A DNA stretch of 43,474 bases from Selaginella moellendorffii (GCF_000143415.4 NW_003314372.1:587800-631273), one strand, 5' to 3'. Shown: positions 26,031-37,753, numbered from the stretch's first letter. A program made the numbers and translations. The notes: generated by a model from the letters alone, not told the origin.

Positions 26031-26795
26031 TATTGCCTAGGGAGATTATAACTGATGAAATAAATTGTTACAACATTGACACACCGAACTGCTTACCTAA
26101 AATAGTTTTAGCTCTGCAGTATAGTCGACTGTAATGCAGCTATTCTCTGTTTTTCAAAAACCACATATGGTAGTTATGCTATATTCAATCAAATCGCTAT
26201 GGACTTACAGATATTGAAGGCACAAAAAGCACTTTAGATAATCAGAGACATGAAAGCCTCCTACCGATTTTCTGCAGCATACTTCCATAATAGGCTCCTT
26301 AATAGATATCTGACACAATACGAGTTTTGAACTTACAACAAAAGCAAAAACTAACAGAGAAACCATCAGTGTATTGGTATAATATGAGTTGTAGCAAACA
26401 AGTATACCATCAGAATTGCACGTGTGTGTGCCTGCATGTGCGTGCGCTCAAAGAGAGAGAGAGAGATAGAGAGCACGCACCTGTCCNNNNNNNNNNNNNN
26501 NNNNNNNNNNNNNNNNNNNNNNNNNNNNNNNNNNNNNNNNNNNNNNNNNNNNNNNNNNNNNNNNNNNNNNNNNNNNNNNNNNNNNNNNNNNNNNNNNNNN
26601 NNNNNNNNNNNNNNNNNNNNNNNNNNNNNNNNNNNNNNNNNNNNNNNNNNNGCTTGTGACATCCTCACTGCAGCAATCATGGCGGGGGAGCGCCACCATC
26701 GCCAGCCGCCTGTGTGCCGACGCCAGGTTCTTGTGGCACCAGGATCTCTTGGTGCGATGCTCATCAACATCCCCAGCGCCATGGAAGATTGATAG

Positions 26796-26915
<120 letters not shown>

Positions 26916-27562
26916 ACGCACCTGTCTAGTTGGTTACAGTGTCAATCCATAAGGGTGCAAGAATTGATCACGTCCAAACCACCACAATCAGTACAAATAT
27001 GAAACCCTCAGATACAAAAAGCCATTATAACTGTTTTTAAGAAAGTATTACATCTGAACCATCAATTTGACAAATCCAAGGGTAAGAGAATATCTGTCCC
27101 CCGATGCCAATAGCACTTTTAAATAAAGAAGTACTAGCAAAAGTCCCAGCTACGCTGGGAGCATTGTGTTCATTTCTGATATTTTATTAATTTCAAAGAA
27201 TTGTAATAGTAATTGAAATTTTTAACATAATCATAATTATAAGATATATAGTTAAACATAACATAATATTTATATTAAAAATCCTTTCTAAAATTGAATC
27301 TATCACCAACACACATCATAACATCATAAATAAAACTCATTATATTATATCATATTTAAAACTGATTGTTGAGAGAAGTCTAGGATATTCTATAAATAGA
27401 ATTGCTCACCGCAGGATCCCATGGCCAGATGAGCCATTTAGAAATTGAGGTTTGATAACCAATCTTTTCTTTTATTTGAAATCTCTATGCAATTGACAAA
27501 AAATTATTATTACTTGATGATTCTACAATTTTTCCTCTTAAGAAAGTAAGTGTTACTTAGTA

Positions 27563-27565
<3 letters not shown>

Positions 27566-27620
<55 letters not shown>

Positions 27621-27642
27621 ACACACACACACACACACACAC
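27566..27642. repeat. Compound (TA)n(CA)n microsatellite
   Basis: Seen directly in the sequence. Confidence 0.98.
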
Positions 27643-28960
27643 TCATCTAAACTACAATCATCTTTTAAATTTTAAAAAATATAAACATTATAATAAAGTT
27701 TATCTTTTCATCATTTCAGACTGAAATTTTGGAATTGCATGATACTAAGTCAAAGATGTTAGGTTAATGTGTTATATTTTCTTTTCAAAACTTTTAATAT
27801 TTTACATATTTATCTTTGATATTCCCTTTTTGCCCAATATTTATAGTTATGCATTTTGAGAGTAGTATTTAAAATTAGAAGTATTCTATTATTTATCATA
27901 AACTTCTTTTTGTCTATATTTTTATATAGAGAGAATGCTAATCTGAAATAAGATTATTATCTCTCTATATTTATGTATATATATATTTAAAAGTAGGGCT
28001 TTATAACACTGTTATGAATGCTGGAATTTTATTATGATAAATGAATGGTTATGGTTTACTCTATACTGGGGTAGAGTAGGGTTTGATAATATATAATTTT
28101 TCTCTATGTTAGATTTAAATATATCATAAAATTCCTGAATAGTATATAGATAGGTTTAATATAATTAAATTGTAGTTGTTTTTCATGTATAAAAATTATG
28201 TAGGATTAAGTGTTAGAAACTTTTATGATAATATATATATGTTAGCCATTTGACAACTCAATATATTTAATTTTATTTATGTTTTTTTAAAATAACAATA
28301 AGATTACTGATAAAAAATTATTTTAGACAAGATTTATAATCATAATTATAATTTTTAACATAATAATAATTATAAGATATATGGTTAAACATAATATAAT
28401 ATTTATATTAAAAATCCCTTCTACAATTGTCTCTATCAGCAACAGACATCATTACATAATAAATAAAACTCATAACATTGTATCTTCGATCTTCTATAAG
28501 TGGAATTACTCATTATGAGATCCCACTCTTAAGGATGGGTTCAATACAAATGGTTGTATGAGTGAAAATCCAGAAACTTAATATTTTGTGAGAGGAAGAA
28601 GCTAAAGCTTTAAAAGATCATATATGTATATAGATGCTCATAGTGGCAGTGGTAGTGATTATTATTTTGTATTCTACTCTATATGACCTACCATATTTCG
28701 TATGATCTATATCATAGACTCAGTTTTAGAAATAAAAAATTAGTCTATGTACTAAAATTGAAATTATATATTTAAGCTAGATGCATATTATAATATTTAT
28801 ATTAAATTATTGATAATTTTAGTGATAATAATATAATACTGTATTAAAATTATACATTAGTGATAATATTATATTTTAATATTTAAAATTATTTATTAAT
28901 TCACATATTTATATGTAACAAAAATTTTATTTATTAAATCTATTCTGTAGCAATGTTTGC

Positions 28961-29464
28961 ACAACCATATTTGTCCATGTGACCAACTCTTCTTCTAAAG
29001 CAGTGATTTCTGGTACAAAGACAGTACCTGAGATGTTGTCTATCAACCTGAAGGTTTCCAAGTTCTCTGCTATTTTTCATGTTATTGTGTCAGTGAAAGA
29101 ATTCCAGACTGGTGACTTCTATTACCCAGCATGCGTGAAGGTTGTCAATGGAAGCCAATGTGGCAAGAAGGCTACTCAGGTTTCGGAAAGTATGTGGCAA
29201 TGCAACTCTTGTGACACTGATTCTGGAGATATTCACTTCAAATATGCACTACACTTATGTATTCTGGACAGCACTGGACATATATAGGCGGTTGCATTTG
29301 ATGATGCTAATGAAATTGTAGATATGCCTGCATGTAAGCTGGCTGCGCTACAAGATGATCATTATACTGTTTTTTCAACCGTAATGGACTCTATTTGATC
29401 AAAGATGTACAATCTGAAGATTCGTTGCAAGCTCGAGAGCTACAGAGATACCAAAAAATTATAG
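28961..29464 (+). pseudogene. RPA70-like C-terminal OB fold with C4 zinc finger (DBD-C), disrupted
   Basis: FYYPACVKVVNGSQCGKKATQVSESMWQCNSCD...FKYALHLCILDSTGHI*AVAFDD...YNLKIRCKLESY follows the RPA1 DBD-C pattern (YPAC..C.KK..W.C..C..Y.L...I.D.TG). In-frame stops are present. Confidence 0.85.
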
Positions 29465-29679
29465 TTGGTCTTGACACTTAAAAGAAAAAATGTGTGAGAA
29501 AACAAAAAGTATGTTTTATTTCTTTCTACTATTGTTTTATAATTTGTTGTGTGTGGTATCAAGTTTCTAAGTATAAGCCAAGCTGGAGCTTTCAAAACTA
29601 ATGTTGTGTAGAAGTTGATGAATGATTAAAACAATTTGTAATAATGTAATTAGTTAAAAACTGTTTAAATTAACTAAGT

Positions 29680-30490
29680 ATTGGTTGTAGCTAGCAACCA
29701 TCCATTCACACAGCCATGAGACATCTTCTAATTCAGGATCAACTAAAAGGGTAGAGCCACCTGTGACTGAAATAGACTTGCCATTGTAATCTGAAATCCG
29801 GCTGCCCTTCAGGCATACAGTAGGCTTCTGCCCTCGTCCAGGTTTCTCCTCGATTTCTGAACCTTCATCTTCGGCCTTTGAATCCCACAGACACATGTCT
29901 ATACTGTGGCCTGATTCATCACTCNNNNNNNNNNNNNNNNNNNNNNNNNNNNNNNNNNNNNNNNNNNNNNNNNNNNNNNNNNNNNNNNNNNNNNNNNNNN
30001 NNNNNNNNNNNNNNNNNNNNNNNNATCCTTAGGAGAAATGTTTGTCCATTCCATATTACACCACCAATCACGTCTATAAATGTCTCTTGGCCGAGCTTAG
30101 AAGCATCTAAAACACTCATTCTATTAAGAACAACATTTGGAATACGTAGATCGTCCTCTACACACTTGATCTCCATAGTCTTGCTTGCTTTTATCTCCCA
30201 ATTTGATTTATATGGTGTATATGCTGGTTTAGAGTGTTGTATACCACTGTTCCCTGAAAATATATAGACACTGCCTTGCTCAATATCATGAAAGATGCTT
30301 TGCATTCATGCCAAACCCAACAATATGTATTTTGGAACTTTATGCATCGGCAACAGCAACTGACATAACACACCCAGCTGTGCCTGTTTCAAAGAATACA
30401 AGTTTCCCTTTGTGTCTCACCTTGGCATGAAAAGACCATCGGTAGCACTGGCCCCTGATGTTCTTATATGGCATCTCAGCTTCTTAGAAC
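29680..30490 (-). pseudogene. RPA70-like DBD-A/DBD-B OB folds, disrupted
   Basis: RWSFHAKVRHKG, IEQGSVYIFS...YTPYKSNWEI, FIDVIGGVI and CLWDSKAEDEG...VCLKGSRISDYNGKSISV...LLVDPEL are typical RPA1 OB-A/OB-B motifs. Contains stops, frameshifts and a gap. Confidence 0.85.
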
Positions 30491-30889
30491 TCTGTCCCTT
30501 AACATGAAACAGAGAAAAAAAATTAAAAATGTTATATACATACATACATAATGTAATTAGTTACAAACAATTTGTAACTAAATAACTAATTTGTAATGTA
30601 TTTAGACAAAACTAACATTAGTAGTCGTAGTGCTTTACATTTGTGTTTATTTTTTTATAAAAGAAATATCAGAAGAAAAATCTGGGAGTGTCATATATAT
30701 TTCAGTTCTTGGCTTTTCGTTTATATTGTTTCTTTATATTAACAAAGAAATATTCAAGCATGAGATTTCATAGGTGGTTATGTTAAAGGTTTTGAATATG
30801 AAAGTGTGGGAAAGCTTACTTGATTGTAAGAAGAAGTTCAGCCTTTTCTATATCATGATTTTTAAATACATATTCTGTAATTACATTAA

Positions 30890-32380
30890 CCTTGAAGGAT
30901 ATGCACTCTAGTGTTCATTGGATCACCAATGAAAGGCACATTGATATTGTAAACATCTATCACTTTGGCTTCAGTTCTGTCATCTTGGACCATTACACAA
31001 CTTTGCAATCTCTAGAGACAGACCAGATATTCTTCTGGCTGCTTGCTGAGCAGAACATTAAGTTGTAGTTATCTGCGCAAGTAGAGTATGTCATAATCCA
31101 TGAGTTTTTTTCACGAACGTGCCTCAACAATCCACACACAGCAGGCCTGTATATTTGATTGGAGTATATGAAGCAGTGTGATCCATGCAATGCAATTATA
31201 CACATCTCTTTCCAGGTATGTAATACATTAGTGGGAGAATTAGGAATGTTTGTAAACAGCTGATTTACAAACCTTCTGATGTTGAAAGGTTAGGAATATA
31301 TTCAATGGAATCGTTGCCCCCATCAATGAAAGTTCCCATGTAAGTCAATGCTTGAAGTGCCTAAAAAAAGATAAACAAATCACAAACTTTAATGAGCATA
31401 TCACCTCAAGTGCTGGGTTCTTTCAAATGTTCCCCTGCAAAGATCCAGTGCATTGTTCTAGACTCTAACAATTTCTGCATAAAAGCTTCAGATGCTTCAA
31501 CATCAGAAATCAAAGAGTAAAGGCACAGATGTAAAGGCAAAGGTTTAATTTTTTTAAGGAATGTCAAAGTTCCTTTGTTCCATACAGTTGATCAACAAAA
31601 TGCGAAGGTATAGCTACTTGGAACGTGTCTTGTCCAAGGTGAAGCTGTCCCTTTAGCGTGATGTGTTCCTTTATAGGTCCTGCATATTTACATATTTTAC
31701 ATATTGCTTCATCTTTAGAAGTTTGTTGCAATCTTGATCCGCAGCATAATGAACAAACTGTGTGTATAAAAACTGGACAAAGCTTATCTACTTCAAAGTA
31801 TCCAGGTATCTGCAAAACAACGTGTATTTAATATGGGCTTGTTTCATTTCCTTTCGCACTTACCCCTGTGCATTCCCTTGCAATATTCCGAAAAAGTCCC
31901 AGCTACGCTGGGAGCATAGTGCATTGTATACATTGTACATTGTATACATAGAATATTGCATTCCCTTGCAATATTCCGAAAAACAGAGTCAAGGAATTAT
32001 TTTGGCATCATCTATTATACATGAAACAATGCTCATGCCTGTGACATTTGCTCTCTTGAAATAACCGTCTCCTTGTAAATTAATGAAACATCTTGTTGGT
32101 GGAGTTCCAGAAAAACATTCATTCATCAACTCTTTGAATAATTCCATTATGTTGCCATGGAATTTGAGCTGCCATCATATAGATTATTGTCAGGGATCCA
32201 CATGCTATATTGAACTTACTATATCATATCAGACTCGTTGATGTTATCTGTTATTGTGAGTTGACCACTGTTGTAGCCTATATCATTGATACTCACTACA
32301 ACACCTTCAACAGAACCTACAGAGTCTCGGCCTCTACATGACTCCACAAAGTTTGCAATGCTGATAGTTGGTACAGACAG
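30890..32380 (-). pseudogene. Divergent OB-fold / C4 zinc-ribbon gene remnant (RPA-like ssDNA-binding candidate)
   Basis: SVEGVVVSINDIG (OB beta1-like) and VCSLC...ICKICKYAGPIKEHITLKGQLHLGQDTFQVAIPSHFVDQLYG (zinc ribbon followed by beta strands, DBD-C-like layout). Short introns and many stops. Confidence 0.45.
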
Positions 32381-32659
32381 ACGAAATTGTGGCACTATAA
32401 GCTATTACCTAAAAGCTTACGTTTTCTTCCTAGCATAATAGATGCTCATCATTGTGGTGGGTCAATAAAAAGAGGAGATGCACTGGGCCTGGGTTGGAAC
32501 TCAAGTCATCATGTTGTTTCGCATTTCTCTAGCATGACTCCACATTCAAATATATATAGCCACAGATACCACCTACTCAAAAATAAACTGGAGATAACCA
32601 TAAAGGAAGTGCATAGAAAGAAAAATAGGCAGCTAGCCTCTTCCCACTCTTTCATGCAC

Positions 32660-33445
32660 TGTGGTCCATGCACTGTGTGCGAGTGGAATCCCGAATGGGA
32701 CAGCCTTTTGCCCGATGAGCAGGCCAGGCTCAAGGCTCGGCAGGGCGTGAAATACGTTTGCCTCGATGGCTTACAGGTGCTCAACTCCGAGCTAGCAAGC
32801 AAAAAAATTTAGCAGAAGCAGCGAGCGAGTAAGGAGTGACGAAGAACCAAATAAATAAGACAAATACATTATCAGAGATGAAACTCTAGAACCGGTTGCC
32901 AAGGACAGTGTCACCATTGGCGAAGTTTGCATACGTGGGAACATGGTGTTCAAGGGATACTTGAACAATCCAGACTCTGGGGACTTGGCAGTTTGGCATC
33001 CCAATGGATACATCAAGATCAAGGATCGAGCCAAGGATATTATCATTTCTGGAGGGGAGAACATTAGCAGCCTGGAAGTGGAGAGCATCTTGTACAGGTA
33101 AAAGGAGAGTTTTTCCTTCTTTGTTTCTTGTTAAAGTTTGCTTCTTTTTCATCCAGGCATCCAGCAGTGTTGGAAGCTGCTGTGGTGGCGCAGCCAGATG
33201 AGCAGTGGTCCATGTGCGTTTGTGTCCCTCAAGCACAGCGTGAGTCTCCATGTGCGTTTGTGTCCCTCAAGCACGGCGTGAGAAGCAACAAGGAGGAGAT
33301 ACTCTTGTTGTATCGACAGCATTTACCGAAGTTCATGGTGCCAAAGAGCATCGTCATTCTCACAGCCTTGGACAAAACTGCGACTGGCAAGATCCAAAAA
33401 CAGGTGCTGTGCAGCAAAGCAAGAGCTCTTGGCAGTGTCAAGTAA
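32660..33445 (+). pseudogene. Captured 3' fragment of an acyl-activating enzyme (AMP-binding CoA ligase, plant AAE clade I-like)
   Basis: GPCTVCEWNPEWDSLLPDEQARLKARQGVKY, TIGEVCIRGNMVFKGYLNNP, SGDLAVWHPNGYIKIKDRAKDIIISGGENISSLEVESILY, HPAVLEAAVVAQPDEQW and KTATGKIQK. N-terminus absent; internal deletion and a ~40 bp tandem duplication at 33208-33280. Confidence 0.9.
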
Positions 33446-33495
33446 ATCAGCAAGCTCTACAAGCCAACTATTGAACTTGTAAAGCTTGAAATCGT

Positions 33496-34415
33496 TCATG
33501 GCCTGGAAAATCCCCAATCTAGCCTGGCAATTTTAAATCGGTCAGCTACTGTCCGTCCGTTGTAATGTACTGGAATGAAAAATAAATAAATAACATGCAA
33601 GAACCAAGAATGCAATTCATCTACCTCAAACAGTAGCTTTGTCTTATCAGCTGTCACTCTTGCATATCCAAATACCGACCTTCGAATCAAGCTCCATGAA
33701 CTAAACTGTCGACAAAAAAAATAGAAAAGGTAGAATATCAATACCATATAAAGAGCTTGAATATAGGAAACAAAGCTGCAAGCTTACATTATGAGGGAAG
33801 TCATCCAAGGTGAATTCAGCCATGCCAACCACGGTGTGAACTGGAGCTGAGTAAATTGTAGTGTCAAAGAAATCGACACCTGCTAAATCCTTGATCGGGT
33901 GCTGCAGGCAGCGCCCTGAAACACAGCACAAGTTCGCAGGTAATTGTGAACATGCCCCCACACTGCTAAATCAACCTGTGCAAAAAAAAAAAAGAAAAAA
34001 GAAAAAAGACAGTTTCATTCTAGTTTTCCCTTTGAAGAGCTCGTGTTTTACCTTGTTTCTCAAGAGCAATGGTTCCACAGCTGCTACAAATTTCGGATCC
34101 ACACCTGGTAAAGTTTAGAAATAAATCCCCCGCAGTTGAGTGGAGTACATAGGTCGATGACTGAAAGAAAAATAGCACACATGAGTTTACAGAATGAAAA
34201 TGTGAATAAAAACAGTTACCCTGTGAAAACTATCCATGGTGTACTGAATCTGCCGACAGATTCAAGGTCAGATTTCATCCAAGCGTACTGTAGAAGAAGG
34301 TTTCGTTGAAGGAAAGATGAAAAGAATAAGAATGCATACTTGTTCGCTGGTCGAGCTCCAGTCGTGTTCTGTAGAGATGACTGTGAAATGCATGGGGCCA
34401 ATAGCCATGGAGCCG
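33496..34415 (-). pseudogene. Captured 3' fragment of a purple acid phosphatase (nucleotide pyrophosphatase/phosphodiesterase type)
   Basis: GPMHFTVISTEHDW, QYAWMKSDLESVGRFSTPWIVFTG|HRPMYST, WGHVHNY, APVHTVVGMA and WSLIRRSVFGYARVTAD. Introns retained; N-terminal half absent. Confidence 0.88.
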
Positions 34416-34985
34416 TGGAGCTGTGGCTGTCCCGAGGAGAAGTACAGGGACGAAAATTTCTTTTTTTTCTCTTGGTTCCAGCCTCGAGCACCTGGCACAA
34501 ACATGAACTTTAAGCCTCGAAAGAGAATAGCAAAAAGCAAGAGAGTGAANNNNNNNNNNNNNNNNNNNNNNNNNNNNNNNNNNNNNNNNNNNNNNNNNNN
34601 NNNNNNNNNNNNNNNNNNNNNNNNNNNNNNNNNNNNNNNNNNNNNNNNNTCCAGCCTCGAGAACCTGGAACAAACAGGGGCTTGAGAGACTCGAAAAAAA
34701 TAGAGCTTAGACCCGACGGCCGTGGAGCTGTGGCTGTCCCGAGGAGAAGTACAGGGAGTTTTGCTGAAGTACCCGCGACCTGGGAAGTTCTATGTCCCAA
34801 AGGTGTCGGACTTTGGGATGGCTTGCTCGAAAATTTCTTTTTTTTCTCTTGGTTCCAGCCTCGAGCACCTGGCACAAACAGGAACTTTAAGCCTCGAAAA
34901 GCAAGAGAGTGAAAAACCTTGATTCTAGTCGTGGTTCCAGCCTCGAGAACCTGGAACAAATAGGGGCTTGAGAGTCTCGAAAAAA
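34410..34985. repeat. Local duplications of TTCCAGCCTCGAG(C/A)ACCTGG(C/A)ACAAA-containing blocks around a gap
   Basis: The motif occurs at ~34476, 34650, 34853 and 34934; 34413-34450 recurs at 34719-34756. Confidence 0.85.
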
Positions 34986-35128
34986 GACTGTCATTTTTCC
35001 GGCGCATGGCCATTGACAACGGTTTCCTGAGCTTTTCAATCGGTAGCAGCTTCAGATCTTCACGTACAGCTGACTGTAGCTCTGAGGTGCTCTGCAATGA
35101 AGACCGCATCAAACACACACACACACAC

Positions 35129-35160
<32 letters not shown>

Positions 35161-35787
35161 TACCTTCCCACAAGCGATGATCGACGCTCTCTCCTCGTGC
35201 TCACGCGCCCTAAAAGACAATTAAAAGTTTTTATGATCCCAAAAGTCACGACTCCCCATTGTTTAATCTCAGCCGTTAGATTTTGGCATATGCCCAGAAT
35301 AAGTGACGCCAGCATATGCTATTATTATACCGGCTCTTTCGTTTAAATATATGAGTATGATGATACTAGTTGCTCATGAGCTAGGAGCAAAAGATGGGGA
35401 GATGGAAAAGTAGCAGAGAGAGACATACCTTGATTGAGGAGTGTCTTTCTAGTGTCTATAAAAGCATCTAGCATTCTGATTGAGAAGCATCTTGAAGCAC
35501 ATTGTGAGATTCAAGCATTTTTCTCTTGCCCTTCCTTGCTCAAATATAAAACCCTAAAAATTAACAATCACAATCAATGGTCATGATCAATGGTCACGAT
35601 CAATGGTCATGATTTTCATTCTCTTTAATAGCAATTGCTTTCTAGATTCTAGTGATGTGTCAATTTTTTAATAGTACTTTAATTTTGCAAATAGTAGGAT
35701 ATATTTATTAGACAAATCCACTATAAACATAGATTTCACATGTTCTTTCCAAGGAGACAATCATTCAATACTTTAGATATTAAAATA

Positions 35788-36067
35788 TGTGTAATTGATT
35801 ATGAGAGGAATAATACTATTGAAATGAATGGGGTTATGAGTGAGAGGTGCTGATTAATCACGAGAGTTGTAGCATTGATCACTTGTTCTCCCTCTTATCT
35901 CTATGCTCTTTTCCTTCAAAAGAGTTTCATTTTTTTGTAACAAGTGAAAGAGAGTCAAGCTCGGAAAGGTTGGTTCATGCGTAGTTATTTCTCATAATTA
36001 ATTGGCACCTCTCACTCATAACCCTATTCATTTCAACAGTATTATTCTTCTCACAATCAATTATACA
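35788..36067. repeat. ~280 bp fold-back / MITE-like element with ~78 bp imperfect inverted arms
   Basis: 35788-35865 is the reverse complement of 35990-36067 with scattered mismatches (GAAATGAATGGGGTTATGAGTGAGAGGTGC vs GCACCTCTCACTCATAACCCTATTCATTTC). No clear TSD. Confidence 0.85.
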
Positions 36068-36619
36068 ATTAATATGGGTGGCTCTTTAAGATTCTCATAT
36101 ATCTCTAGATTCTAAACAGTTGTATATTTTAATAAAATAATTAACTTGTCCTTTGCAAGGACACAACTAATTAAAGCTCACAATATAGAAGAATATCTTT
36201 GTTCTTTCTTGTCAATTTCTCCCCAAATTTTTTCTAAGTGCTCAAGCAAGGAGAAGATATGAGAGAATTCTACTTGAAGTTTGATCAAGAGCCTCCAATT
36301 TTTTTCTCTAATAGTGTTATAGGAGAGAGCTTCTTCTATAGAAAATGCAAGCTGAAACCAGGATCAATTAGTTTGGAGAATGTATGTTGCGATAAGGGTA
36401 ATCAGATAGAAAAATCCATTCTTCTTGACAGTGGCATGGGAGAAAATGGGATTCAGTGGGATCTTGATAGATATACAAGTCAGAAGATTCTAGTTACAAG
36501 ATCTCCGAAGCGAATAAAGGAGAGTGCATCAGTTTCATAGCCAACTGTGCAAGGAGTGAAGGATGAAGTTGTTATTCTCTCCAGTGATGAAAGTGAAGAA
36601 GATGAGCTTCCCAACATAG

Positions 36620-37753
36620 TGTAAAGAACCGACTCCCCGAGATGTCATAGGCTAAAGGATCCCTGAAAGCATGACCGAAATGACAAAGAGTTCATCGGAT
36701 GGGACCGAGTCGAAGATCGAGTCCAAGACCGACTCTGAGACCGAGTTCGAGATAGAGTCCGGGATCGAGACGAGGCCGAATCGGAGACCGAGTTCGAGAC
36801 CGAGTTCGAGACAGAGTCCGAGATCCAAATCGGGTCCAAGACCGAGTCCGAGGTCGAGTCCGAAGTCGAGTCCGAGATCGGGTCTGAGATCGAGTTTGAG
36901 ACCGAGTCCGAAGTCGGGTCCGAGATCGAGTTTGAGATCGAATCTGAGACTAAGTCCAAATACTAATACGGGTCAAGGGGTGAAAGCCCAAAACGTACAT
37001 CTCCTAAGAGGGGGGGCTGCAGGGGGTTCCAAAAGTATAGTAGGGATAGTGAGGTCCAGGAACCGGTCTTGAAGGAACTTTCCAGTGGTACTTTCAAACT
37101 AACTTAAGGTTGAGACTGGGGCCAAGGGGCCTTGGGTGGGAGTGAGCATGGGCTTGGGTGGTGCCGAAGGGGCCACCCAGGGAAGTGCTCAAGAGCAGCT
37201 CTCACTCCCGAAAGGGAAACCAACTGTGGTGCTCCCAGCTCATGTGGAGTGGTGCCCTACTTGAGTACCTTGTGGCTCATTAGTCCTCACCCTTCCTAGA
37301 GCCTTAGGCCTTCCCTTCGGGATGGAAGTGGGGGGGTAGAGGTACCCATACCGGGCCGTTAGGCCATGGTGTTTCGCCCCGATGTCCCAAAGCAAATGTT
37401 GCACCCAAGGCTTGGGATTTAGAGGGTCCCATGATCAAGTTTTGTTGTACCAAGGGGTGTTAGGAACCTGGAGGCTTGGTGTGCTTGGCTGCTTGTGCCT
37501 GCGGGGAGTGTAGCCGAACCTTAAGTCCAGTCTAACCCAGGGACGGGGGGATTGGGAGAGATTTGGGAATCCGTGGATGGATGGCTAACACTCCGTTACT
37601 CGTGCAGTGAGTAGCTGAAACCAAGTAGGACCAAGTAGGATCTAGTACAATTGGTGGGAACGTTGGCGAGGGAACTTAGCACAAGCCAAGGCAGTGTTAG
37701 TCGAATAGACGAGGTAAGCTGGCAAATTGGAAAGGAAAAATTTATGGCTTACA
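36620..37753. mobile_element. Solo-LTR-like insertion (1134 bp) with 5-bp TSD
   Basis: Ends TGTAA...TTACA; TSD CATAG at 36615-36619 and 37754-37758. Removing it restores the reading frame DELPNIASQTSRCIHFGSVFEVVDKAF into ORF 37803. Confidence 0.9.
36700..36957. repeat. Degenerate 12-bp (6+6) minisatellite, consensus approx. GAGTCCGAGATC
   Basis: Tandem CCGAGT/CCGAGA/TCGAGT units inside the solo LTR. Confidence 0.9.

Larger units (their letters stand above)
27134..35363 (-). mobile_element. Non-autonomous Helitron-like element C (~8.2 kb) with RPA70-like genes and captured host fragments
   Basis: 3' end: perfect 7-bp hairpin TCCCAGC-TAC-GCTGGGA at 27144-27160 and CTAG at 27134-27137 followed by T. 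5' end A|TCATCATACTCATATATTTAAAC at 35363 resembles that of element A. RPA70-like genes are an established component of plant Helitrons. Confidence 0.75.

Noticed and set aside
34410-34990. Duplicated blocks as a biological repeat system
   Set aside because: They flank a 100-N gap (similarly 26450-26486 vs 26900-26926) and may partly be assembly overlap; this cannot be resolved without reads.
36671-37072. S/P/R-rich 133 aa ORF and antisense S/D-rich ORF; superficially CRISPR-like array
   Set aside because: These are translations of a 12-bp minisatellite inside an LTR. There are no unique spacers and no cas genes, and the context is eukaryotic.
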